DNA from: Alkalilimnicola ehrlichii MLHE-1
GTDB taxonomy: Bacteria; Pseudomonadota; Gammaproteobacteria; Nitrococcales; Halorhodospiraceae
NCBI RefSeq assembly: GCF_000014785.1
Contig: NC_008340.1
Span: forward strand, 780,001-812,000
DNA length: 32,000 nucleotides
Reading direction: 5' to 3'
Shown piece after piece: positions 1-6,826 of the stretch. The notes beneath the pieces are model-generated. The model made no database searches. It worked only from the letters and a program-made list of their open reading frames with translations, and was not told the DNA's origin. The position numbers were made by a program, and so were the translations under genes. Within the stretch, counting starts at the first letter, position 1. Each line of letters opens with the position of its first letter.

Positions 1-1314
1 CTTCTTGTCCTTGATAAGCAGGCGGCTGTCCGGAACTGCTTTCAGGATCCCTGCCCAGACGCCGGCGATTTCCCGGTTGACCTTATGCAGGTTGTTCATG
101 CACGCGAATGTGATGTACCCATTCTCCTTTGCGGGTAATGGGGCGATGTCCGGCAGGTAAGGGGGTGGGGCATAGGTGACATACCCCGTTGGCAGCCGGA
201 TCAGCTTTTCGGTATAAAACTCTTCGACCCCTTCCGGGGTCTCCATCCAATCGGTGAGCAGGTAATCGATGGTTGGCACTGCTGAGGTGTTGAAGAGCCC
301 GCCGACCCATTTGACTTGAACCGGGGCGGCCCTTCTCGCTATGGCGGACAGTGCCGAATACCCACTGTGTCCGGTCATGTCCACCAGGATGTCGAGTCGG
401 TCCTTCAACAGTTGCGCATGGATGGCCTCTTGCGACCAATGGACCATTTGGCACCAGTGGCCGGTCATGTTCTGGAAGCGGTGTGATAGGAAGTCCTTGG
501 GTCGGGGTGGTGCAGTGGAGTAGAGATGCAGCGTGTGATCAAAATACCGGGCAAGGGTATTGATCGCACCGAAGCTGAGCCAGCCGGCGGGATGCGAGTG
601 GAACCCATTGGAAATGAAACCGATGCGCAGTGGGCGCTCCGGGTCGCGATCCCGCTCGAAATGGCGTTCTGTCTCTAGATGGGCGGCGCAGTTTGCGTAC
701 CAGCGCGCATGCAGTTTGCGTAGGTCCCTGGCACTTTGAGATGGCAGGTAGTGGGCCATCATCAGTATGTTAGACCAGAGGACATGATTTCCTGGCTCAA
801 GCACCCCGGCCAACTGCAACTGCTGAAACCCGGCCTCACCGTCACCAAGGTCGAACAGGACGTGCCCCAGGCTGTTTAAGGTATCGGCGTCGGGTTGCGT
901 CTTGATCAGCTCCACAAGGATGTCGCGCGCCTGTTCGCGGCGGTTGGCCTTGACCAGGGCCTGCGCGAGGAGGGCTTGCAAGCGACGGTGCTCAGGGGCC
1001 TTCTCCGCCGCCCGGCGGAGGAACCCGAGGGCGTCGTCGGTGTGGTTGAGTTCCAGGAGGAATTGTGCGTGAATCGCGGCCGCATCGGCTGCGCCTTCCC
1101 CCCCTTGATCCAATGCCTCCCTTGACGCTGAGAGCGCCTCTTCGGGCCGTCCCTCTTGCCAGAGGAGGCGGGCGTGCAGGGTGAGCACGCAGCCGTCGCT
1201 GCTGTTGCGCTCAAGGGCCTTATCGCAGAGGATCCGTGCCCCGTGGATATCTCCGGCATTGAGTGCTTGGGCGATGGCGCGGTACGTCTGGATGGGAGCT
1301 GAATGTTTGGGCAT
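1..1314 (-). CDS. TPR-repeat + GT41-family (OGT/SPINDLY-like) glycosyltransferase; 3' end lies beyond the left edge (438 codons in window)
   Basis: Absent from the ORF track because there is no stop in the window. Hand translation of the minus strand from the ATG (complement of 1312-1314) stays open to base 1. It reads MPKHSAPIQTYRAIAQALNAGDIHGARILCDKALERNSSDGCVLTLHARLLWQEGRPEEAL... (TPR-like helical repeats), then PLRIGFISNGFHSHPAGWL...DILVDMTGHSGYSALSAIARRAAPVQVKWVGGLFNTSAVPTIDYLLTDWMETPEGVEEFYTEKLIRLP. The second part follows the conserved GT41 OGT core pattern as I recall it (..VGYVSSDF.NHP.. / ..N..GYT.GAR...FA.RPAP.Q..WLGYPGT.G...DY..TD). The track ORFs 83..454(-) and 906..1385(-) are other frames of this gene. 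Confidence 0.75.
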   Translation of the reverse strand, partial: MPKHSAPIQTYRAIAQALNAGDIHGARILCDKALERNSSDGCVLTLHARLLWQEGRPEEALSASREALDQGGEGAADAAAIHAQFLLELNHTDDALGFLRRAAEKAPEHRRLQALLAQALVKANRREQARDILVELIKTQPDADTLNSLGHVLFDLGDGEAGFQQLQLAGVLEPGNHVLWSNILMMAHYLPSQSARDLRKLHARWYANCAAHLETERHFERDRDPERPLRIGFISNGFHSHPAGWLSFGAINTLARYFDHTLHLYSTAPPRPKDFLSHRFQNMTGHWCQMVHWSQEAIHAQLLKDRLDILVDMTGHSGYSALSAIARRAAPVQVKWVGGLFNTSAVPTIDYLLTDWMETPEGVEEFYTEKLIRLPTGYVTYAPPPYLPDIAPLPAKENGYITFACMNNLHKVNREIAGVWAGILKAVPDSRLLIKDKK

Positions 1315-1560
1315 GCCGGTTGAGCCTGTAGTAATCCCTTGGTGTGTATTCGGGCACTGTAAAGGAAAGTGGCGCTGGATTGCATATCCGGCCATGGCGG
1401 CGATGCATGGCCGGAAGGGAGTTGCCGGTGGGAAGCCGAGGTGTCTTACCTGCGTGGTCCGGCCGTTGCCTCCTGCGCCTCGCAGGCTTCCTTGTTGGTG
1501 TGTGTTTTTTCTGGGAAAGCAACAACCTATGAGAGCGGAAGATTCTTTCCGCCCAAAGGC

Positions 1561-1587
1561 TAAAGGTTTCCGGTGGCTTGCCGCTAC
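1561..1587 (+). promoter_or_regulatory. sigma28 (FliA)-type promoter for fliC
   Basis: TAAAGGTT(1561-1568)-N11-GCCGCTAC(1580-1587) against consensus TAAAGTTT-N11-GCCGATAA. It lies about 95 nt upstream of the fliC ATG. Motif match by eye only. Confidence 0.6.
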
Positions 1588-1682
1588 AAAGGGCGAACGG
1601 GGAGGATAGCGGCCAGCGTCGCCCCCAGGTCAGCAACCCAGTCGGGGCATCAATGGCCCCATCGGAAACGAGGATGTGAGCC

Positions 1683-3143
1683 ATGGCACAGGTAATCAAC
1701 ACCAACATCGCTTCTCTTAATGCGCAGCGGAATCTGAACGCATCGCAGAACCAACTGAATGTGTCGCTGGAGCGGCTCTCGTCCGGGCTGAGGATCAACA
1801 GCGCCAAGGATGATGCCGCGGGTCTCGCCATCTCCGAGCGATTCACCGCTCAGATCAACGGCAACAACCAAGCGGTCCGGAACGCCAACGATGGCATCTC
1901 CCTCTCTCAGACCGCCGAAGGGGCCTTGGAAGAGATCGGGAACATCGGGCAGCGCATTCGTGAGCTGGCCGTCCAGGCAGCCAATGACACCAACTCCGCG
2001 TCGGACCGCCAGGCGTTGAACAACGAGGTCCAGCAGCTGATTGCGGAGGCCGGGCGTATCGCCCAGGCGACCCAGTTCAACGATCAGAACGTGTTGGACG
2101 GCAGCCTGGAGGAGATCCTGTTCCAAGTGGGTGCCAATCGTGGTCAAACCATTTCGGTGGATGGCGTGGATGCCCGCAGTGACCAACTGGGTGCCCAGCT
2201 CTTTGCCGGTGATGACATTGACTTCACGGAACTGGTGGATAACGCGAATGCCACCACCGCGAGCTTTAACATCACCGATGATCTGACCATCAACGGTGAA
2301 GCGGTGGATCTGTCCGGCATCGAGGCCGAGGACGGTTTCGCGGATGTGGATGACATCGTTGCTGCGATCAACGCCGTCTCTGGTGATACCGGCGTCGAGG
2401 CCGATAGGGCGCTGGAGGTCGAAGCCACCATTGATGCCAGTGGGCACACTGCCAGTAATACCGGGCTGGCCTTCTCGCTCAATGGGGTTGATATCACCGT
2501 GGACGGCACGGCGAGCCAGACCGAGGCCGCTACCAGGCTGGCCGATGCAATCAATGAGGCCGGAGTGAGTGGGGTCAGTGCTCAGATCGATCCGGATGAT
2601 GACACCCAAGTGGTTCTCAGTGGGGACGGGGCTGATCTCCAATTCACCCAAGGCGCGGATTCGCAGGGGATCACCTTTGTCGACGGGGCCGATCTCGGTG
2701 CAAACGAAGATGATATCGCAGGGTTTGCCCGGGCCATTGAGTTGACTGGGCAGCTGGGTGAGTCGGTCGACGTACAGGGTACGGATGTCGGAAACCTGGG
2801 TCTGGATAACCTGGGTGACGGGGAGGAGAAAACACTGGCCAGCGTAGATATCTCCACCCGTGATAATGCCTCCGACGCCATCCGGTCCATGGACTTTGTC
2901 CTCGCCCAGGTAAACAGCCTTCGGGCCGACCTCGGTGCGGTCCAGAACCGCTTCGAGTCCACGGTCGCCAACCTGTCGGTGACCTCGGAGAACCTGGAGG
3001 CCTCCCGCAGCCGGATCCTGGACGCGGACTTCGCCGCTGAGACCGCGGCCCTGACCCGCAGCCAGATCCTGCAGCAGGCTGGCACCTCGGTCCTGGCGCA
3101 GGCCAACCAGCTCCCGAACAACGTGCTGGCCCTGCTCCAGTAA
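1683..3143 (+). CDS. fliC: flagellin
   Basis: 486 aa. Canonical flagellin N-terminus MAQVINTNIASLNAQRNLNASQNQLNVSLERLSSGLRINSAKDDAAGLAISERF. Canonical C-terminus LGAVQNRFESTVANLSVTSENLEASRSRILDADFAAETAALTRSQILQQAGTSVLAQANQLPNNVLALLQ. AGGA lies upstream of the ATG. Confidence 0.96.
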   Translation: MAQVINTNIASLNAQRNLNASQNQLNVSLERLSSGLRINSAKDDAAGLAISERFTAQINGNNQAVRNANDGISLSQTAEGALEEIGNIGQRIRELAVQAANDTNSASDRQALNNEVQQLIAEAGRIAQATQFNDQNVLDGSLEEILFQVGANRGQTISVDGVDARSDQLGAQLFAGDDIDFTELVDNANATTASFNITDDLTINGEAVDLSGIEAEDGFADVDDIVAAINAVSGDTGVEADRALEVEATIDASGHTASNTGLAFSLNGVDITVDGTASQTEAATRLADAINEAGVSGVSAQIDPDDDTQVVLSGDGADLQFTQGADSQGITFVDGADLGANEDDIAGFARAIELTGQLGESVDVQGTDVGNLGLDNLGDGEEKTLASVDISTRDNASDAIRSMDFVLAQVNSLRADLGAVQNRFESTVANLSVTSENLEASRSRILDADFAAETAALTRSQILQQAGTSVLAQANQLPNNVLALLQ

Positions 3144-3168
3144 GCCGGCCCTTCGGGATCTGAGTGAC

Positions 3169-3204
3169 GAGGCGACCCGGGGCGGGAAGGCCCCCGGTCG
3201 CCTC
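3169..3204 (+). terminator. GC-rich stem-loop just after the fliC stop (attenuator or partial terminator; no U-tract)
   Basis: GAGGCGACCCGGGG (3169-3182) pairs with CCCCCGGTCGCCTC (3191-3204) around an 8-nt loop. flaG starts 30 nt later, so read-through is likely. Confidence 0.35.
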
Positions 3205-3233
3205 TGACCCCGCCATCGGGGGAGGAGGATCAG

Positions 3234-3623
3234 ATGGATGCCAGCATGAAGGTGTCTACGCTGAATGTGCAGCCGCTTCGGCCCTCGGGGGGCAGCGAGA
3301 GCCAGGGGAAGGTCTCGCTCGCGCCCGCGGGGGCCGAGGCCGTTTCCGCCGCCCGCATGGGCGACGGTGCGGCCGAAACGGCCCGCCAGGCGGAAAAGGC
3401 CGCCGAGCAGGTGGGCCAGGCGGTGGATCGGATCAACGACTTCGTGCAGGTCGTCCAGCGCGATCTGGAGTTCAGCGTGCACGACGACACCGGTCGCACC
3501 GTGGTGCGGGTGTTTGACACCAACAGCGAGGAGTTGGTGCGCCAGTTCCCCGCCGACGAGATCCTGGCCCTGGCGGAGCAGTTGGATCGGGTCCGGGGGC
3601 TGCTGGTCAGCGATCAGGCCTGA
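3234..3623 (+). CDS. flaG: FlaG-family flagellar protein (copy 1)
   Basis: 129 aa. The C-terminal block VDRINDFVQVVQRDLEFSVHDDTGRTVVRVFDTNSEELVRQFPADEILALAEQL is typical of FlaG. A GGAGGAGGA Shine-Dalgarno precedes the ATG. Its position after fliC matches Pseudomonas. Confidence 0.85.
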   Translation: MDASMKVSTLNVQPLRPSGGSESQGKVSLAPAGAEAVSAARMGDGAAETARQAEKAAEQVGQAVDRINDFVQVVQRDLEFSVHDDTGRTVVRVFDTNSEELVRQFPADEILALAEQLDRVRGLLVSDQA

Positions 3624-3663
3624 GTCCGCACACGCACCAGGGCCCATCAACCCATGCATCTCC

Positions 3664-3702
3664 GGCCCGGGGCGGTGAAGCCGCTTCGGGCCTTTATTGT
3701 GT
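3664..3702 (+). terminator. Rho-independent terminator after flaG copy 1
   Basis: Stem GGCCCGGGGCGG (3664-3675) / CCGCTTCGGGCC (3681-3692), with two G-U pairs, followed by TTTATTGTGT. Confidence 0.65.
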
Positions 3703-3732
3703 GTGTCGGTTCGGTTTTCTGGCGTCGGGGGC

Positions 3733-3759
3733 TAAAGTTATCCGGAAAGGGGCCGTTAT
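3733..3759 (+). promoter_or_regulatory. sigma28-type promoter candidate upstream of repeat cluster A and flaG copy 2
   Basis: TAAAGTTA(3733-3740)-N11-GCCGTTAT(3752-3759) against TAAAGTTT-N11-GCCGATAA. It sits directly after the terminator at 3664-3702. Confidence 0.5.
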
Positions 3760-3774
3760 AACGGTCAGGCGGAC

Positions 3775-4172
3775 TGCGACGCCCCCCACCGTCACTGCGA
3801 GGAGCGAAGCGACGTGGCAGTCCAAGGCCTATGGATCGCCGCGTCGCTTCGCTCCTCGCGATGACGGTGGGATGGGCCGCCCCAGTCACTGCGAGGAGGC
3901 GGAGCCGACGTGGCAGTCTACCGCTCTGGATCGCCACGGGCCTTTGGCCCTCGCGATGACGGGGGGTGCGCCCCCTGTCACTGCGAGGAGCGAAGCGACG
4001 CGGCAGTCTACCCCTCTGGATCGCCACGGGCCTTCGGCCCAGGCGATGACGGAGAGAAGGTCGGCGGCCCTCGCAATGACAGGGGAGATCGTTCGGCGCT
4101 CGCGATGACGGTCTGGCGCGGTGGTCCCCGCAATGACGGTGGGGCCCGGGTCCTCGCGACGTCGGGTCACTG
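3775..4172 (+). repeat. Repeat cluster A of the GTCACTGCGAGG/GTCATCGCGAGG palindromic family (forward orientation; 3 full units then degenerate short modules)
   Basis: Units start at 3791, 3885 and 3977 (spacing 94 and 92 bp). Each reads GTCACTGCGAGGAGCGAAGCGACG.GGCAGTCTACC..CTGGATCGCCACGGGCCTT.GGCCCTCGCGATGAC. The tail holds repeated ..CTCGC(G/A)ATGAC.. modules up to about 4172. Confidence 0.9.
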
Positions 4173-4225
4173 ATCGGTCTGACAATGGTGTTGCCGCGCC
4201 CCGCGGCGGTGGCAGGAGGCAGGAG

Positions 4226-4657
4226 ATGGATGGCAACAGCACTGTGACAACGCCGAACCTCGACGGGATCCGCGCAGCGGTCGCCCGTGGCCGGGAGGCG
4301 GTGTCGGGTGCCGGGGCGCGCCCGGCGACCGATGGCGCTGCGGCGCCGCGACCGGCCTCCGAGTCGGCGCCGGCCTCCGAGCCGGCCCGCGACCCGGCGC
4401 GGGCGGAGGACCCGCGGCGGGGCACCGACCCGACCGCCGAGGAGGTGGGCGAGGCGGTGGATCGCATCAACGAGTTCGTGCAACTGGTCCAGCGCGATCT
4501 GGAGTTCAGCATCGACGAGGATACGGGTCGGACGGTGGTCAAGGTGTTCGACTCGCAGAGCGAGGAGCTCGTCCGGCAGTTCCCGCCGGAGGAGATCCTG
4601 GCCATCGCCGAGCATTTAGAAGAGCTCAAGGGGCTGTTGGTCCGCGAGCAGGCGTAG
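4226..4657 (+). CDS. flaG: FlaG-family flagellar protein (copy 2, paralog)
   Basis: Track ORF 4121..4657 trimmed to the ATG at 4226. That ATG is preceded by GGCAGGAGGCAGGAG, and the upstream extension lies inside the repeat cluster. The C-terminal 73 aa match copy 1 at 53/73 positions (hand count): VDRINEFVQLVQRDLEFSIDEDTGRTVVKVFDSQSEELVRQFPPEEILAIAEHL. Confidence 0.8.
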   Translation: MDGNSTVTTPNLDGIRAAVARGREAVSGAGARPATDGAAAPRPASESAPASEPARDPARAEDPRRGTDPTAEEVGEAVDRINEFVQLVQRDLEFSIDEDTGRTVVKVFDSQSEELVRQFPPEEILAIAEHLEELKGLLVREQA

Positions 4658-4662
4658 GCGCC

Positions 4663-4678
4663 TGGCGCGGTTTTTGTA
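4663..4678 (+). promoter_or_regulatory. sigma54-type promoter candidate upstream of fliD
   Basis: TGGCGCGGTTTTTGTA. The GG(-24) to G(-12) spacing is correct, but the -12 element is TTGT rather than TTGC. It lies 67 nt upstream of the fliD ATG. fliD is RpoN/FleQ-dependent in Pseudomonas. Confidence 0.4.
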
Positions 4679-4744
4679 TGTTGCGCCCGGGGTCGGGCAG
4701 CGCAGGCTGCCGGCACGGTCAACCGAGCAGGGCAGGTGGGTCCA

Positions 4745-6178
4745 ATGGCAAGTATCAGTTCCCTGGGTGTGGGGTCGGGTCTGGATATCCGCGATCTGGT
4801 CGACCAGCTGGTGGCGGCCGAGCGCCAGCCCGGTCAGAACCGGCTGGACCGCCAGGAGTCGCGGCTGGAGGCCCAGATCTCCGGGCTGGGCCGGCTGCAG
4901 CAGGCCATCACCGACTTCGGCGGTGCCCTAGGCAACGTCTCCGCTGAGAGCGACTTCCGCAGCGTGGTGGCCACCAGCAACAACGAGTCGGCGGTCAGCG
5001 TCTCCGCCGGCCGCGACGCCCCACCCGGCAGCTACGACGTCAACGTCACTCAACTGGCCCAGGCCCAGCGGCTCGCCACCAATTCGGACCTGTTCGAGGA
5101 CGTGGAGGACTTCTCGGCGGGCACCACCTCGCTGGGCACCGGCAGCTTCACTATCGAGTACCAGGACGGCAGCGCCGAGACCTTTCAACTGGAGGAAGGG
5201 GCTGACACCCTGCAGGACGTGCGCGCCGCCATCAACAACCAGAGCGAGAACGTGCGTGCCTCGGTGGTGGACGACGGCGAGGGCCCGCGGCTGGTGATCA
5301 CCAGCCGGGAGACCGGCGACCAGAACGCCGTCTCGGCGATCACCGTCGATCCCGACGACCCGGACAGCGACCCGCTGCTGGAGCGGCTGGCATTCGATGC
5401 TGAGAACCTGGCCGAGCCGGACGAGGATGGTGTGCGCGCCGGCGACAACTTTTCCCAGTTGCGCGCTGCGCAGGACGCCGAACTGTTCGTGGACGGACTG
5501 CGAATCACCCGGCCCGGCAATGAGATCAGCGGCGTGATCGATGGCGTCACCCTCACGCTCAGCGCGGTGGACAGCGCCCGGATCAACGTGGCGGAGGAGC
5601 CCGGGTCGGCCGCCTCCGCGGTGAGCGACTTTGTCGGGGCCTACAACAGCCTGCAGCGGACCCTGGGTGAGTTGAACGCCTTCGACCCGGAGTCCGGCGA
5701 GGCGGGTGAGCTCAAGGGCGACTCCACCCTCCGCTCGGTGCAGGCCCGCCTGCGCCAAATGATCAGCGAGCCGCTGCCGGGGGCGGGCGGGCCGGTGCAG
5801 ACCCTCGCGGACCTGGGCATCACCACCCGCCGGGACGGTACCCTGGAGATCAACGACGCCCGGCTGGATGATGCGCTGAGCGAGAACCGGCTGGATGTCA
5901 TCCGTCTGTTCACGGACGAGGAGAACGGGCTGGCCGCGCGCCTGCAAGGCGCCGTGGATGAGTTCACCGGCCGGGACAGCGTGATCAACAGCCGCACCGA
6001 GTCACTGCAGGACCGGCTCGCCGCCCTGGCGCCACAGCAGGAGCGCCTGGACCGGCGGATGGATCAGCTGGAGGCGAGGCTGATCCGCCAGTTTTCCGCC
6101 ATGGACTCGATGATCGCGCAGATGAACCAGACCAGCGAGTTCCTGGATAACCAGCTTAACCTGTTGAATCAGCAATAG
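4745..6178 (+). CDS. fliD: flagellar filament cap protein
   Basis: Track ORF 4736..6178. The ATG at 4745 is preferred (AGGTGGG 7 nt upstream). The N-terminus MASISSLGVGSGLDIRDLVDQLVAAERQP and the C-terminal coiled region (RLIRQFSAMDSMIAQMNQTSEFL) are typical of FliD. Confidence 0.92.
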   Translation: MASISSLGVGSGLDIRDLVDQLVAAERQPGQNRLDRQESRLEAQISGLGRLQQAITDFGGALGNVSAESDFRSVVATSNNESAVSVSAGRDAPPGSYDVNVTQLAQAQRLATNSDLFEDVEDFSAGTTSLGTGSFTIEYQDGSAETFQLEEGADTLQDVRAAINNQSENVRASVVDDGEGPRLVITSRETGDQNAVSAITVDPDDPDSDPLLERLAFDAENLAEPDEDGVRAGDNFSQLRAAQDAELFVDGLRITRPGNEISGVIDGVTLTLSAVDSARINVAEEPGSAASAVSDFVGAYNSLQRTLGELNAFDPESGEAGELKGDSTLRSVQARLRQMISEPLPGAGGPVQTLADLGITTRRDGTLEINDARLDDALSENRLDVIRLFTDEENGLAARLQGAVDEFTGRDSVINSRTESLQDRLAALAPQQERLDRRMDQLEARLIRQFSAMDSMIAQMNQTSEFLDNQLNLLNQQ

Positions 6179-6200
6179 TCGCGTCGGGCACAGGAGCCAT

Positions 6201-6700
6201 CCCCGTGATCGCGAGGGCCGAAGGCTTTTTTCCCGTCATCGCGAGGGCCGGAGGCCCGTGGCGATCCAGGGCGGTAGACTGCCGCGTCGCTTCGCTCCTC
6301 GCAGTGACAGGGGGCGCACCCCCCGTCATCGCGAGGGCCGAAGGCCCGTGGCGATCCAGAGGGGTAGACTGCCACGTCGCTTCGCTCCTCGCAGTGACAG
6401 GGGGCGCACCCCCCGTCATCGCGAGGGCCGGAGGCCCGTGGCGATCCGGAGGGGTAGACTGCCGCGTCGCTTCGCTCCTCGCAGTGACAGGGGGCGCACC
6501 CCCCGTCATCGCGAGGGCCGGAGGCCCGTGGCGATCCGGAGGGGTAGACTGCCACGTCGCTTCGCTCCTCGCAGTGACAGGGGGCGCACCCCCCGTCATC
6601 GCGAGGGCCGGAGGCCCGTGGCGATCCAGGGCGGCAGACTGCCGCGTCGGCTTCGCCTCCTCGCAGTGACGGTGGGGTGTGGGGGCGTGCTCGCAGTGAC
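6201..6700 (-). repeat. Repeat cluster B: the same family in reverse orientation, as a near-perfect 90-bp tandem array (~5 units) plus flanking short modules
   Basis: Units begin at 6241, 6331, 6421, 6511 and 6601, exactly 90 bp apart. Each reads GCGAGGGCCG(G/A)AGGCCCGTGGCGATCC(AGGGC/AGAGG/GGAGG)GGTAGACTGCC(G/A)CGTCGCTTCGCTCCTCGCAGTGACAGGGGGCGCACCCCCCGTCATC. Only about 5 positions vary among the first four units. Confidence 0.95.
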
Positions 6701-6759
6701 TGGGGAGGGCATGTGGCCCTGTCCCGGGGGAGCGGGGCACTGGTGCCGAAACACCACTA

Positions 6760-6786
6760 TCAAGTCCGGGGATGAATGGTCGCTAA
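6760..6786 (+). promoter_or_regulatory. sigma28-type promoter candidate upstream of fliS
   Basis: TCAAGTCC(6760-6767)-N11-GTCGCTAA(6779-6786). TCAAG is the Pseudomonas-style -35 variant. It lies 40 nt upstream of the fliS ATG. Confidence 0.35.
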
Positions 6787-6826
6787 CAATGGGTGACAAT
6801 CACCCAATCAGCAGAGGGCAGCGGGA

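Noticed and set aside
83-1385. Track ORFs 83..454(-), 906..1385(-) and 895..1125(+)
   Set aside because: They are alternative frames or the opposite strand of the GT41/TPR gene (1..1314, minus strand). That gene is the only frame giving TPR-like and OGT-core motifs, and it is open to the window edge.
1370-1385. sigma54-like motif TGGCGCTGGATTGCAT upstream of fliC
   Set aside because: The GG and GC dinucleotides are separated by 9 nt, not the required 10. Sigma54 promoters are intolerant of spacing changes, and a well-spaced sigma28 motif exists at 1561-1587.
1535-1552. Hairpin GCGGAA-N6-TTCCGC just upstream of the fliC sigma28 -35 element
   Set aside because: It is a 6-bp stem with no upstream plus-strand gene to terminate and no U-tract. 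It could be chance, so it is not reported as a feature.
1650-3659. 669-aa minus-strand ORF covering all of fliC and flaG
   Set aside because: It is antisense to two genes with unmistakable flagellin and FlaG signatures. Its product is Gly/Arg/Pro/Leu/Val-rich with no recognisable motif. This is a typical stop-poor shadow frame in GC-rich DNA.
6201-6700. CRISPR array hypothesis for the regularly spaced 90-bp repeats
   Set aside because: There are no unique spacers. The entire 90-bp period is conserved from unit to unit. The same units occur dispersed in both orientations elsewhere, and no cas genes or leader are present.
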